Positions 23,900-37,529 of a stretch of 64,000 bases of DNA are shown here, one piece after another. The stretch lies in assembly GCF_009834535.1 (NCBI RefSeq), contig NC_045696.1, positions 105,092,001 to 105,156,000 of the forward strand. Direction: 5' to 3'. The notes below the pieces were generated by a model that worked only from the letters and a program-made list of their open reading frames with translations, searched no databases and had not been told where the DNA came from. Each line of letters begins with the position of its first letter. Within the stretch, counting starts at the first letter, position 1. A program made the position numbers and the translations under genes. The stretch is from Camelus ferus. Its lineage: Eukaryota.

Positions 23900-24140
23900 G
23901 GGAGTGTGCCCGTGTGTCTGTGAGAGTGTGTTTTATGAGTGTGTATGGTAAGGATGCATGGGAATGTGGGATTATGGATGTGAGTGTGTGTGCCTGGGTC
24001 TACATGTATTCATAGGGATGTGAGTGTGTATATGAATGAATGTGAGTGTTCAGAAGTGTGTGCATGTGTGAGCAGGTAGAGCGTGTTTATACGTGTGCAC
24101 ACGTGTGTGTGTGTGCATGTGAGCATGCACATGCGTGAAT
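23900..24140. repeat. Degenerate (TG)-rich low-complexity tract
   Basis: gtgt/gtga/atgt iterations read directly. Confidence 0.85.
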
Positions 24141-25429
24141 CTGTGTACCAGTTTGTGCTTATCCCCCTGGCACTCTCCTCACAGTAACCCCAAGGGGCAG
24201 TTCAATAACACAGGCTAAGGTGCGTGTGGAGCAATCTGCAACAGCCTTTACCAGCAAATTGCTTTAAGCAGAAGACTACAGCATTATAATAGCAGTATGA
24301 TGCCCAATCCGCTCAGATGTCATGGAACAAAGAGCAGGTTCTGAGACAAGGCAAGCCGTGGCCCAGAACTAAAGACGCTGTCAGCTGGGCGAAAACAGAG
24401 AAGAGCTTATATTTAGAAAAGGGCCAATTATTTTCAGGCCACAAACAGCTACATTTTTAATGCTTAACCCATGAAAGCTTTCATTTAAAAAAATGCCCAA
24501 GTATTTTATGAAGACCTGAATATATTTGACCTGAGTCCATTCAAGATTTAACTACAAGAAATAAACAGATGTTTTCAGCAGGATGAACCGAGCACACGTG
24601 ACGCAAGGCATCCAGTGTTCTCCTTACATCTGAACAAATGTTTACAAACATGAACCAGTCCTCACCACCTGCCCAGGTTTCAACACACCCTTATAGAAGG
24701 AGAAATCAGTGTCTGGGTCTGAGAATGGACAGGTCATATAGGAAAGTTCCAGGCAGATAAGGAAAGAGGTCCATGGGCTCAGAGGAAGAAGGGAAACTCC
24801 CTCAGTTCCAGTTTCCAACGTGGTGCAGTAGATGCACAAAAAACTTTCATAAATTAAGTGAACACATGAATAGATGAATCAATCAATCAGTCAGTCAAAT
24901 AATGCTAAGGAAGAAAAACAATGAGCCCCTTCGTGGCTTACAATACGAACTTTTATTAAAATGAGTCTTACCAAATGATGTTTTTATCCTTAAGCCTGCA
25001 TGATCCCCAGAAATGATAGGTTTTCCAAGGGAAATTCTAATAGCAAAATAAATGATTTTTCAAATACCAATGTCTTTGCCAGCCAGAGGGACCAAATGCT
25101 CTGGTTAAGTCTGATGTAAATGTAGTAGTTCTATTGCTACAACGACTGCTCATTGTAAAGATGTCAAAAACATTTTGAAACAATTCAACGAATTTTTATT
25201 GAGTAGCAAATGTTGTACTAGAGACTCAGCAACCACATTACCTACCAGGAAAACCAGACCCACTCCTTACTATAGAGCTCCCTGGGTCCTTTCTCAGAAC
25301 CTGTAAACTCTTAGTTAACACACAATCTTTGTAAGCTGGGAGATCTGCATTCCAAAGCACAGACTCAGCACTTTAAGGTAGAAGGTAGATTGCCAGAGGC
25401 AGCGGGAGTGATACTGACAAGAGGTGGTA

Positions 25430-27595
25430 TCATATATAAAAAGGAAGGAGTAAGTCCATATATTACTATGGAGACATCTCTAAGATACATTAAGTGCAAA
25501 AAGGAAGGTAGAGAAAAGGCATAGTGTGCTACCAATTAGCTACAAAAAGAGGATTGATAAATATATAAAACATGTTTGCTTCTATTAAAAGTAATAGAAC
25601 TTCTGAGCTGGGGGAGGGTGTAGCTCAGTGGTACAGAGCATGCTTAGCATGCACAAGGTCCTGTGTTCAATTCCCAGCACCTCCATTAAAAATAAACAAA
25701 TAAACCTAACTACCTCTCCCCCCAAACAAACAAAAAACAACAACAACAAAAAAGCATACATTCAAAAAGTAAGACAGAGCTAGATTTCTTTAACTATCTA
25801 TACCTTGCTTTATAGATTCAGTTTTGGAACCATGTAAATATTTTACCTAAATATAAAATAAAATTGAATTTTCAAAAAGTAGTCCTTTAAAATCAAAAGC
25901 AAACTGAAATAAGTGAACTTAACTCTGTACTCAGTTGGCAGAATAACCACACAGAAAGGGATTACTCCATCCGATTTTATAACATAGCAATTTGACTCTC
26001 CATCCATTCCTTGTGGAATATATCCTAAGGACAAAAAGAACCGCATAAAATTCTAAAACCCACGTTTGATGTTTGAATTATAATGTTAAAGGTGATATTT
26101 GTAATGTTATTCTTAGACTATTGTGTGTATGTTGTACAATAAAGCAAATGAGTCATTATCTGGTGACCTTGAGAAATGATATTTTTAATATAAGAGAAAA
26201 AGCATATAGATGTAAGATCAATGAGGTTAAATAAAATTCCATAATCCTAAACCTGATTTGATAGCAGCAGCATTATCTCATAGTATTTTATTTTAAATCT
26301 ATATACATGCATTTTTGTCCTATCTCTGTCCACTAAACAAGGACTAAACCAGCAACATTAAGCACCCCTCAAGCCCATTTCCTACAAAAAGAAACTAAGA
26401 ATCCTTGGGGAAATTTTTAATTAACAGTCTGGGGCCTGGGATTGCTGAAGATGAGGCCAGGACATCTTGTAGGGACGCGATCACATTCTCTAGGGCCAGG
26501 TCAAAAGCCCTCAGGAGCAAACTCAAAAAGGCTCCCACTGGCCCAGGGGAGGCAATCTGAACTTTAGTACTGATAATGACTGGGAGAGATTCAGAGACAT
26601 CAAATACACTTCAATCCAAATCAAAAATAAATGATTTAGTCATCATTGGAAGGCACAGATGAACGATTAATTATCTTAAAAACTGGTGAGGGGAGTGGGG
26701 GTGGAAATCAAACGTTAACTTGCTCCTCCTGAATGAACTATCCCTTGGGGTAACTGCAGAATTGACGAAGAGAAGCATCTACTTATAGACATTACCAGTT
26801 AATAAACAAAGACAGCATCATAGAATTGGTGTATCACCATTTTGCCGCTGCTGATGAGTTAATGGTGAAAGCAGTGAGCATCACTGTCACCGAGAGAGAC
26901 AGCCAGGCACCACGTGCCCCCTGATGGAGCACGCAGCCCACCTATGAAGTGCTTATAAATGCTGTACCTGAATATATCAAGCCTCTACACCCAATTGCCA
27001 ATTTACAAGAAATACAGGCAACAGAGGAACCATTAAACTCTACCACACAAATACAATCAGCAAAATCTACTGTGCGAGAAACTTTCCAGGACAAATGATT
27101 CAGACCAGTCTTTCTAACAAATAAATTGCAAGGCAACAAATATAAGGAAATCTATAGATTAGAAGAGGCTCAAGAGTTACATCAGCCCATCACAATATAC
27201 GGACCTTATTTCTATCATGATTCAAATGAACTATTAAAAATATGTATGGAGCTTTCAGGGAGATTTCAGCACGGATTGGTTATTTGATGAAATTAAGGAA
27301 TTACTGCTAATTTTTTCGATAGGATAATGGTATCGTGTCTATGATTTTTTAAAGAGCTTTCACTTTATAGAGGTATAACCTGAAATATTTAGCAAAGAAA
27401 TGATACAAAGCTAGAATTCACTCTAAAATAACCTGGAGTGGGATGGGAAGAATGTGGGTAGAGAGAGTATAAAGGAAAAAGGACTAGCTATGAGTTGATA
27501 GCTATTAAAGCCGGATGACGGATAAATGGAGTGCATTATACCATGTTCTCTACTTTTGTGTATGTTTTAAATTTTCCGTAAGGAAAAATACAAGG
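25430..27595 (+). mobile_element. L1MC4/5-type long 3' UTR
   Basis: gtggaatatatcctaaggacaaaaagaac, tttacaagaaatacagg, caatcagcaaaatc and terminal ttctctacttttgtgtatgttttaaattttcc. Confidence 0.8.
25610..25765 (+). mobile_element. Vic-1-type SINE nested in L1MC
   Basis: ggggagggtgtagctcagtgg...gcatgcttagcatgcacaaggtcctgtgttcaattcccagcacctcca plus an A-rich tail. Confidence 0.9.
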
Positions 27596-27859
27596 AAAAA
27601 AAAGGCAGCTGACAGTCTCATAGTGAAAGAAGCAAGAAGACAAATAAATAAAACAACAAAATAGCAACAAACAGCAGGCAGCATCTAAGAAGGCAGAGGC
27701 GAGGAATAGATTGTAAAGAGCCTTCTGGATAAAAGAAGGAACCAGAAAACCCACATAAATTCCACCTACCTGAAAAAATTCATCTGGGGAAGACTGCAGC
27801 CTCTAACACCATACATGGAGCAGCACCAAATTTGTATTTATTCTAAAAATGCCGTATAT

Positions 27860-28090
27860 ATTTATGACCCGCCCTAGGTCTTGTGCAACTTCAAGTGCTC
27901 TCTAGTTTCATGCTCCCAACGTCCCTGTGATGATGTCATTACTCCTCTTATTGTGCAGGTGAGAATGCTGAGCCTCAGAGATGCTGAACGACTTATCCAA
28001 GGCTGCACAGCTGGTCAGCCCTGGAGCTGGGACCACAGCCTGGGGCTCACCTGCCCTGCTGGTAGGTTGGGCTTCCACCTCTCTACATTT
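27860..28090 (-). mobile_element. MIR
   Basis: gcaggtgagaatgctgagcctcagagatgctgaacgacttatccaaggctgcacagctgg. Confidence 0.75.
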
Positions 28091-28919
28091 GCTCCCTTCT
28101 GGGGAGGACACCAGTGGCCTTTGATGTACCCACCAGGTCTCTCCCTTGGCAGAGTGACACCCCGCTCTCCAAAATCACATATTCTGCCTGAAGCAAGCAA
28201 ACCTTCCACAATCCATTGACTCTCACGTTCCCAGGGCGCCCCCTTTTTCATTCAACATGCCACATTGCTGTTCAGTTTTGTCTAATCACATTATTAATGT
28301 TGAAGGATATTTTCATTAGTGTTTTAGGCTTCATATGCTCCTTATATAGAAATACTTATTTGCAGGTGGCAGCTGTCAGCCTCTAAGGAGGGTTGCTGCA
28401 TCTCAGCGCACTGAACGCGGTGCCGTGGGGCCTCTTTTCTGCGGTGGCAGCTGTGAGATGCGCTCCATGTGCCTTGAGTAAGAACCCCTCCTCTGGCCAT
28501 CACTCCCTGGGAAGGAAGACCTCCCTCTGTTTAGTGGACACTGGAGCTGGAGAATTTGTACCAAAGACAGCCAAACTGACTCAGCTCCTTGATGCGGAGC
28601 ACAGAGACAGGCCATCCGTTGAGAAGGTCAGTGATGCCATGTCACCTTATCTGCCCAGTGATGTGACATGGGGGTCCCTGTCAGGCAGGAGTTGGGGGGT
28701 TTGTGTGGTGCTCTGAGTCTGTCCCTTCACCCTCCAGCCTTCACAGTCCTCATCTCAAAGACAAGGGTGATGATTCCCATCGAACCTAACACTGTGGGAG
28801 GAGAGAAATCCATCTATATGGGTGTCCTGGGATCCCTGATGTCACCACACCACTGGAATGTCTGGGATCAGCCGGCTTTCAGAGCAGGGACGCCGGTATA
28901 ACAGCCTGCATTCAGCTAG

Positions 28920-29110
28920 TGCTGGCTGCTTCCTCATAGCTCATCCTCACAGAGACCCTGTACGGAAGGTGGTACTATGATCCCCATTTACAGATGTGGA
29001 CACTGAGACACAGAAGGGAAGGAAATTATCCAGTCACCCAAGGAGCATGTGACAGAGCTGGGGTTAGACCCCAAGTATTGCTGATGCAAAAGCCATGCCC
29101 TTAGCCTCTT
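28920..29110 (-). mobile_element. MIR
   Basis: atccccatttacagatgtggacactgagacacaga...gacagagctggggttagacccc. Confidence 0.8.
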
Positions 29111-29942
29111 GCTTCTCTGCCTTTGTACCTTTGAGTCTTAGAACAAGGGTAACACGTGCCAAATACCCAATGAATATTTTAAGTGAATAAATGAATAAAT
29201 AAAGAACAACTCAGTTGTAGCCCCCAGCCCCAGAGAGAACGTTATTCAGGCTCAGGGGGACGTGATTGTTCAGCCTACTGTATTGAAATTGCGTCTCATG
29301 TCCTGTCGTGCTGGAGAGGCCCAGGATTTTGTAAATAACATTTTTCTGCTTATAATTGTAATAATACATGTTTGCAGTAGAAAATTAGGGAAGTGCAGAG
29401 AAGTATAAAGAAGATAATAAAGCTCATCCATAATCCACCCTTCGAAAGGTAGGTGCTGCTGACACTTCGGTGTATTTCGCCCCAGGAAGAGAGAGAATCT
29501 CAAACAGACCAAGGGAGGCAGCCCCTCCTGTCTCCACGTGTGTCCTGATACACTCCAGTCAAGGGGTTTGGCAGAATTTCAATGCCCCACCCCTGCCAAC
29601 AGTAATAATAATAAGCATTTCTGTACCACCTAACACGTTGCAGATATTATTCTAAACACTTCACATATTAACTCATTTAACAGCAGGAGACAGAGCCATT
29701 TTATAGGGTAAATTTCAAGGTTTTACAGCATCGTAAAACTCAGCCAATAACCTTAAACTCTCCTCTCTTCTTTTCCCCTGCCACTCACAAAGGGAAAAAT
29801 AATCTTTTTTAGTTAATACATGAGCAATGACTTCTCAAGCACCTGCTCTTACCAAAGGAGCACGAAGCAAGATTCCCAATAAAGTCCCTTTGCCCCATAA
29901 GCTCTTACTGGGTCATAAAGGAAATGGCATAGGCCCACTGAG

Positions 29943-30118
29943 CAGTAATGATCACTTTAGACCAGAAGGAAGCATCAGCAGCATGAGAACTTGTCAGAAA
30001 TGCAAATTCTTCAGCACCCCCATCCAGACCTACTGAATCAGAGGGCTGGGACCGAGTGGGCTATGGTTCAACATGCCTTCTGGGTGATGTGGCACACGCC
30101 CAGTTTGGGGAACTCTGC
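29943..30118. mobile_element. MER5A
   Basis: gaacttgtcagaaatgcaaattcttcagcacccc..ccagacctactgaatcaga. Confidence 0.85.
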
Positions 30119-32074
30119 TTTGAGATATCCTAGTCCTGGCATGAAAGGGTTGATGCCAAACACACCTGATGTCTGATTTGAAGAGGAAAACCACTGTGGG
30201 CTGGAGCAGTCAGGGAAGCCTTTCTGGAGGAGGTGATCCTTTCCTGCTACTCAAAGATGGTCTCTTTAGAAGGAGGAGAAATGGAAGGTGAGGGAACGCT
30301 GGGCTTTCAGATTTAGACAAGAGACGATTCAGACACCTCACCTTGCTGCATCAGAGGCAGCACAGACAGAAGGAAATTGTTCACTCCCTCACCTTCAGAT
30401 TTTAGCCCTGTCACCACAAGTCAATAGCCGTCAATGGTGATTACTGTGAAGACAGGAAAATGCTGACTGGGCAGAAAGGGAGTGAGAGGTGTGGGCAGCG
30501 AGGAGTCCAGAGGTGGTGAGGGGTGAGACCTGGAGCTCAAGGGCCAGAACTCATTGATCATCCTTCCCCTGGGAGTCACCCCCCCATATCCTCTCTTACC
30601 ACCAGCCTGCTGGGCCAGCACACCAGGACCCCATGGCCCCCAAAGATGGCCCCCAAGGACCAGAGCACAAGAGTCAGGGTGTCCATCAGTCCACGGCAGC
30701 ATACCCATGGAGGGCCTGTCATTTGAGCAGCCTTAGACTGAGGGTGGGGGGCAGGGCTCACAAAACAGGCCCACACTCGTCTTGCTGCTTCTGCAACTGG
30801 TTTCCCTTGGATCCATTACTTCCTCTTCCCTGATTCTGCTCTGTGAGACAGGGAAGCAGCCTCTGAAGGCTGCATTTCCCAAGCTCCAAGATCGGCCAGT
30901 ATCCACCTGGCTCAGCCAATGAGGAAGGCAGGAGGAAGAGAAGCCAGGCTGTTTAGCCCTCGTTCTTTGATCCAGGCCACATGGCCCCCTGGGACGGCAC
31001 AGCCTCTGTGGTTCTAGCGCCCCGTGTGCAGCGCCCATCACAGGCTGGCAAGCTTCTTCCCTTTGACCGCACCCCCACCTCCCCAGCACCTGTAGCTGCC
31101 ACTGCCGCCAAACGTGTAGCCGTATCCAATTTCCTCCTCCGACAGGGTGTGGGCTCTTTCTCCACTGGACCAGCTGCCCCAGTGCCCGCCCACCCTAGCC
31201 ACCTCTGCCAGCCTATCCCCACAATACCCCAGAGTGTTCAGAGATCTCCTGAGGCTCTCTGTTCCCACAAAAGCCCAGGCTCCTCAGCAGGCCCCAGACC
31301 ACCGCCCACTCCAGCTACGTCTCCTTCTGCTCTCCTCTGGCCAAAGAGAAAACCTGGCCAGTCTTAGCCTCATCTTGTGCCCTTAAGCTTTGCCTTTCCT
31401 GGTGCCTTACCCTGGCCCGCTTCACCTTACCGGGATTGACCTCTCGGACCCTTCTCCTTCCTTCAGTGCTCAGCGTGAATGCCCCCTCCTTCAGGAAGCC
31501 CCCCTGCTTGCATAACCCCTCTCTCTTCTGGAGGTCTCTTCTGCCCCCTCCCCTGGCCTTCCTCACCTATAGCATTAGAACGTCTACTGGGGATTTGCCC
31601 AGGTCTGGTCCCCAGCTCTGCAAGGGCAGCATCAAAATATTCCAAGCCTCTTTCCCCATAGCACCCAGCATAGAACCTTCCACAGGATAGAGTCCTCTCT
31701 GACAGCCTCCAGCCTTGCCACCTTTCCCATCCAGTGGTCTTTCTCAAATTCTCATTTTAACTGCCTGGCCCTTCTGTAAACCCTGCAAGAGCCTTCCTGC
31801 CCCCAGAATAGTCTGCATTCCTCCGCATGACCTGCAGGTCCTCCTTGATGTGGCTGGGGCTGTGGTGGGTGTCCCAGACCACCTGTTGACTGGGCCTTCT
31901 CCTCCTTCTGACCTGGTCCCTCCCCCACCTGCCCCATCCCTGTTCAGCCCCAGACACTCAGGTGGCAGGTGGCAGATGTATAGTAAACCAAATATAATTC
32001 TCAGTGGATTTGTTAACCTGACCTAGTAAGTCCCATGGATTCCAGCAATGCTTTAAGTTCTTTCCAACTTGCAG

Positions 32075-32280
32075 GTGGTTGTTAAGAACATGGGACAGAG
32101 ATTGAGGCAGACCCAGACTTGAATCCAGGCTCCACCACTCACCAGCCCTCACCTCTCCAAGGTCCATCTTCCCTTGTCTGCCATGTCATGGTGCCTCCCT
32201 CAAAGGACAGCAAAATTATCAGTAAGGGCGTTCCTAGCACTCTGCTCGTCCGGGGCCTGGGAAGCAGTGGGTAGTGCATT
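32075..32280 (+). mobile_element. MIR
   Basis: gtggttgttaagaacatgg...cagacccagacttgaatccaggctccaccactcaccagc. Confidence 0.7.
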
Positions 32281-34859
32281 TGTACCGACCAAGACACCCC
32301 TCCCACCTGAATCTCTTTGCCCTCTGGGGAGTTTGGATCTATCCTTCTCGTAGGGAAAGAGGTCCTTATCCCGCATGTGTTCTGGTGGGGCTGGAGTCTC
32401 TGCTGTTCTCTGTCAGGCCCCCCTGTTTTAAACCGTCCTGCTTTCTTCTTCCCCAAATAGCACGAAGACAGTCAGCCCTCCACCCAGGCCCACAGCTCAG
32501 CATTAATCTCATACTCTGCAGATTAGAGCCTGGAGAGTGGAAAGTGTAGTCCTTCCTGGTGGCACTCTAGAAACATCTGTGCTTTGGGAAATTTGGGGGA
32601 TTCATCCCCAGGGGTCAGAAGTGTCTCTTCAGCAGAAACCTCTATTCAGATTGACAAATATTTAGGGAATGGCAACCATATGCCAGAAACTGGAGGAGTG
32701 AAGACTGTGGGGTTTTGAAAACAAGGTCTTTCCAACTGTGCTTCCTCTGGTCCTTGCATAGTGTCTGTGCCTGCAAAGGCCTCAGGGAATCAAAGGGGAA
32801 AGAAAGGAAAAGAGGGAGGAGGAAGCAGAGTTCCTTGTGTGCACCAGGATCTGGGATCCAGAGATGGACAAGGAGTGGTCCCGACCCCTGCTGGACCGGG
32901 AGCATCCTGGTTCCTCAGACATGACAGCCCTTGAGATGGTCCATCTCCCGTCTCATCACTTGGTTCTCTGAAGGCAAGATCTCCTATCGATTCTTCTCAG
33001 AGTTGGGCCAGGAGTGCACCTGGGAGTCTAGAGGCCACCTAAGAGAGACCCAAGGGAATAAGGAAGCAGCCAAGCGGGAGGCCTTGACCGCCAGGGCTCC
33101 TGCACCCCCAGATGGAAAGGAAGGTACTCACACAACAGATAAAGCAACAGTGACATCCTGAAGGATGAGGTGGGTTTATCTTCATGGAGAGGAGGAACAG
33201 GAGCACGTGAGCAGACAGACAGGGCAGGAAGACACATGAGTGCATAAGGGAACACAGAGCGGGGAAGTTGCTTTAGCCAACCAGTATACCACGGAGGTTC
33301 CGCAAAGAAAAGTGTCAGTACCGACATGACAGTCAGCACAAACTGACAGCACGGTTGCCTTTAGCTGGTTATCACTTGCTCTCACGCGCAGCTTCCTTCA
33401 GTTGTCCCAGCCAGCCTCTTAGCCACCATTTGGCCACCCCTGGGCAACGGCTTCTGATGTTCTCCTCGTCGATCGTTCCACGCCTTTCCCACAGTCTTTA
33501 AGTTCCTACCGTCTCCCCATGCCCCTTGCTCTCCACCCGTGACCTGTGGCCTGCTTCACACCAAAATGGAGACCTTCTAAGAAAGTTCCTCCATCACCTC
33601 CCAACCTGGGATAGATGTTCACAGCCATGAAGCCCCAGCACAAACTCCTGTTCATGGGGCTGCCTTTCCTGCTAGACTGGGAGTTCCTTGACAGCCTGTC
33701 TTATTTATCCCCCCTCTCCTGGGCCCAGCACACCACCTGGACCAGAGTAAGTACCCAAGAAATATTTGCTGAAAGAATGAGTGACATACTTACTTCCGGG
33801 GTGGGCATCATTTTCTCCATTTAGTTGAGGGATAGCTGGTCAGAGAAATTAATCAAACTGTCTGAGGTTCCCCTGGGATCCAGTGAAAGGCAGAACTGAC
33901 CCCTACCTGCACCCAGCACTCCTGATCCCAGAGTTGGCACTCTTCAGACCCTGAGATTGTGAAGAGAGGAGCCAGCGAGTGCCCCTGACGTGGGTCAGCC
34001 TTCCCACCTGGCCAAGCAGCTGCCAGCTACACAGGCAGCGGAGATGGGGGCCCCCGTGACAGCAGTCGCGGTAGAGTTGATGCATCTGCCCATTTCTGAT
34101 CCTATGTGTGCTTCCCTGCCACTCATCCGCCGACGGCGCTGGGTGAATGGCCGGCTTCTGAAGGAGCTGCATGGGTGGAGCGTGGCCAGCATACGGCTCC
34201 CGTGCCTTCCTGTTGACGGTGTTGATGCTTTCCCCTCACCGTGTGCTGAGCTTGTATCTTCTGTTTGTTTTGAAGTTGGGATAATTAGTGAATTAGGCTC
34301 AACTTCTCTCTCTGTGCCAGCTCTTGGCTCACTTGGAATGAAACGGTTCCATTAGAGGCTTTTCCTGGGATATGTATCAATGCTGGGATACCATTTGTCC
34401 TTCCAGGGACGTGCCGACTGACAGCCACGTACCACCCAGAGAGGGCGATGTCGAGGCAATGGCAGCAGAAAGGACAAGATGCCGTGCTTTCCCTCATTTC
34501 AACCTCTCTCCACAGCTACAGTTGCCAGGGCACAGGGTGCCAAAAAGGATGTTTTTAGGGGCCTTCCAGCACACACAGGTGCCAGTGCTTCAGTGACTCT
34601 GCCACCTCTTTGTATAAAACCCCTCAAAGACTCCCTGCCCCATCCTGTAAGGCCGTTCGGAAGCACCCTTCATCCAGATTCGTTGCCTTCCAGCCCTGCC
34701 CCACACTTACCTGCACACCCAGCTCTCTAGCTCTCCTGGAGCGCTAGGTCTGCAGTACCACTCACCTGTGCCCTCACTGCTCCCCACGCCTGGAATGCCT
34801 TCCCTGCTCCACCCGTAGGTGATCACATGTGACACTGCGTATTGAGAACTGTTGTTACA

Positions 34860-35010
34860 TTACTGCGAAGTATGGCTTATTGTACCCATTCTACAGATGA
34901 AGAAACCGAGGTATAGAAAAGTTGAGTAACTTCTTTATGGTCACTCAGCTAGCAAGTGGCAGAGCTAGGATTTTGATCTGAGATCTCTTTCAGCACCTAC
35001 TCTATGCTTT
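34860..35010 (-). mobile_element. MIR
   Basis: cccattctacagatgaagaaaccgagg...gtcactcagctagcaagtggcagagctagga. Confidence 0.85.
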
Positions 35011-35284
35011 TAAAAACTTGATGCTTCAATGCTTCAACTCTCATCTCTCAGGGTTCAGTTCCTGCTTCCTCTGAGGTCTCTCCTGATTCCTGTTTACACT
35101 GCCAGAAGTTTCTCTGCCTCCCTCCACACAACCCCTCCAGGCAGACTCAAGCCGGGCACATGAAATGCTGCACAGCCCGTGGTCACTGTCTCCCCACTGG
35201 ACCGGGAGTTCACAGGTGGGGACGGGCTCACAGCCTGCCAGTGTCCCCTGGCACTTGTGAAGCACACGGACACACATGTAGGTG

Positions 35285-35520
35285 GTTTTATTTTTTGATT
35301 TTACTTCATTATTTTATTTTTGTTTTTTAAGTTTAACTTTTTTGTTGTTTTTTTAATTTTTATTTTTTCTTAATTTTTACAAATTTTTATACAATTTTTA
35401 AAGGTTATTTTCCATTTACACTTATTACAAAATATAGGCTATATTCCCCATGTTGTACAAAACATCCCTGAGCCTGTTTTATACCCAATAGTTTATACCT
35501 CCCACCCACCCCACCCCCAG
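35285..35520 (-). mobile_element. Very short L1 3' end with a long degenerate T-rich tail
   Basis: About 100 bp of T-rich tract, then tatacaatttttaaaggtta...ttattacaaaatataggctatattcccc. Confidence 0.8.
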
Positions 35521-35999
35521 CACTACATTGTTTTAAAATGAGCTAAGTAATGGGTGACAATACGTATAAGTGCAAAGGGCAGCAATAAATAAAACATGTT
35601 CTCCCCAGAGGGACACATCCCTCTCTCATCATTACAGTACATAAAGTACTGACATACTTTTGGAGACTACAGGTTTTCTACTCAAAAAGCTACCAGCTCC
35701 CTCTTGGACAGTGTTCCTGCACTCCCGCACTGCCCCTGGCGGAGGCTGGCTGATGGTTCCCTGGGCACATGGCTAGCCCACGTCTCCTGCCCTCTCCTGC
35801 AGTGACTGACATGTGGCCGTGAGGTGCTCCCTTCCAAGGCTGCAAACACTTCTTTAAATATTGATTCTTATAGAGTGACTTTTTCAGAAAATAGAGTGGA
35901 GTTCCCTGCCTTGCTCATCAGTGCCGACCTGCATGATGCTGAGAGGAGGTCCGGAACCCTTCTCTGTCCCCGCCTCAACACAGCTCCTTCACCTGCAAG

Positions 36000-36593
36000 C
36001 CGAACTCCCTGCACTTTCTCCACCTCCACACCAAGCTCGGCAGCCACCCTGAAAGTGACAGAGGGACCCTTGCAAGTCCGTCCACATTCGATGTGCTGTG
36101 ACGCTGCCAGCCCCAAGTCAGAACACCTTCCATTTGCCCCCTCCCCGAGACACCATGGGGCGCCCACCCTCCCTGTGGCCATACCCAGGCCCTCCTGGTA
36201 GTCAGAGGATGACAGCACAGCATGGGACTCCTCCAAGCCACGCAAGCCGGTCACCACCCAGAGCAGGGCAGGGGTGGAAGGGGGAGGCCAAGCAGGGCCC
36301 GGGATGCTGGGAGAGAAGCCTCCCAGGGAGAGGGAACAGGCTGCTGAGAATCTGTCCCAGTGAAGCAGGGAGGCCGCAAAAGGTGGCACCAAATGTGAGC
36401 TGAGGGTCAGCCTTGGGTGCCTGCTCCATTGTTCCCTGTATCCATGCCTTTTGCTTACAGAATGCAAATTCAAAGACGAGTTATTATGAATTTCATAATG
36501 GCAACCACAGAGCAGTGAACTCTAAGTCTGGGGCCCTTCTAAATGCAGGGCCCTGTGTGACGGCACTGGTTGTGCACCCATGAAGCAGGCCTC
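36000..36593 (-). mobile_element. MER45C-type hAT-Tip100 element (partial)
   Basis: The reverse complement of 36480-36593 is the same MER45 left end seen at 9476. The GC-rich interior is colinear with recalled MER45C. Confidence 0.75.
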
Positions 36594-36810
36594 GGTTAGA
36601 TGGAGGGTCAGCAGCCTTCTAAAGGGTCAAGAAAAGAAGAGCAGGGGAAACAGGTAGCCAGAGCAAACACTAGGAGAGGGTGAAACTCAGTCTCACTACA
36701 AAGCCTGGGGAGACATGAGTGGGCAGAGCGGGCAGAGAGGACAAGAGAGGCTCTCACAGCCCATCCTGGGCTGGATGTAGGAGCAAAAGGGTCCAGCCTT
36801 TGTTCTACAC

Positions 36811-36980
36811 CCTGGTTTTCAAAGTGTGGTCCCCAGCCAAGCAACATCGGCACCACCTGGTAACTTGTTAGAAGCGGACACTCTCAGGTCTCACCCCAGG
36901 CCCACCGAGAACCCAAACTCTAGGGTGGGACACAGTAAGCTGCGTTACAATGAGCCCTCTGGGTGATGGGAGAAGCCCGG
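36811..36980. mobile_element. MER5A
   Basis: tggttttcaaagtgtggtcccc...caccacctggtaacttgttagaa. Confidence 0.85.
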
Positions 36981-37033
36981 GTCTAGCCAGCAGCGCATGT
37001 AGACCATGAACTCTCACAGTGGTCCCACCCACA

Positions 37034-37290
37034 GCAGAGGCAGCACACAGCAGTGACTCAGAACAGGGGCTCTGAGGCCAGACTGCTCAGGGTTGAGCCT
37101 CAGCCCGGCCACTTGCCTAGCTGTGGGACCTTGGGGGATGCGGTTAACCTCTCTGTGTCTCCACCCCCATCTGTAAGAGGACAAGGATTCCACCTAATAG
37201 TGTTGTCTGGGTGATCAAATGACTTGAGACTTGTAAAGTGCTCAGAATAGTACTTAGCTCATAATAGTTGCTCTGTACCTGTTTATTAAA
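37034..37290 (+). mobile_element. Near full-length MIR
   Basis: Head (gaggcagca..cagtg), core (tagctgtgggaccttggg..gttaacctctctgtgtctc) and tail (gtaaagtgctcagaatagt). Confidence 0.9.
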
Positions 37291-37529
37291 ATAAATAAAA
37301 TAATGATGGGAGTTTATATCGATCCAACACGTATTATACACCTGGCACTCGGCTCTGCTTGTGCTGATGATTTTATTTGACTCTTACACACTTTGTTGCT
37401 TCTCTTCTCATCCCATTTTGCAATAAACGAAGCTTGGGGAGTGAGTCCCCGAGGCCAAGAGAAATTGAATTCTGGGTCCACTGCTCCCTGGCCCCACTGT
37501 AGTGAGCATCACTTTGGTCCTCTCTGGAG

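Noticed and set aside
19863..25690. Four tRNA-Ala-like sequences as real tRNA genes
   Set aside because: They have the extra GGGGAG leader, A-rich tails, TSDs and stem-breaking substitutions, so they are SINE copies.
33000..33490. ERV leader or internal region
   Set aside because: No primer-binding site or LTR is adjacent; the reverse strand fits a degenerate L2 better.
35868..36473. 201-aa ORF on - strand
   Set aside because: It lies largely in a GC-rich MER45C-type element and has no recognisable domain.
37034..37500. Tail-to-tail MIR pair as a miRNA-like hairpin
   Set aside because: The two copies are too diverged to form a long stem.
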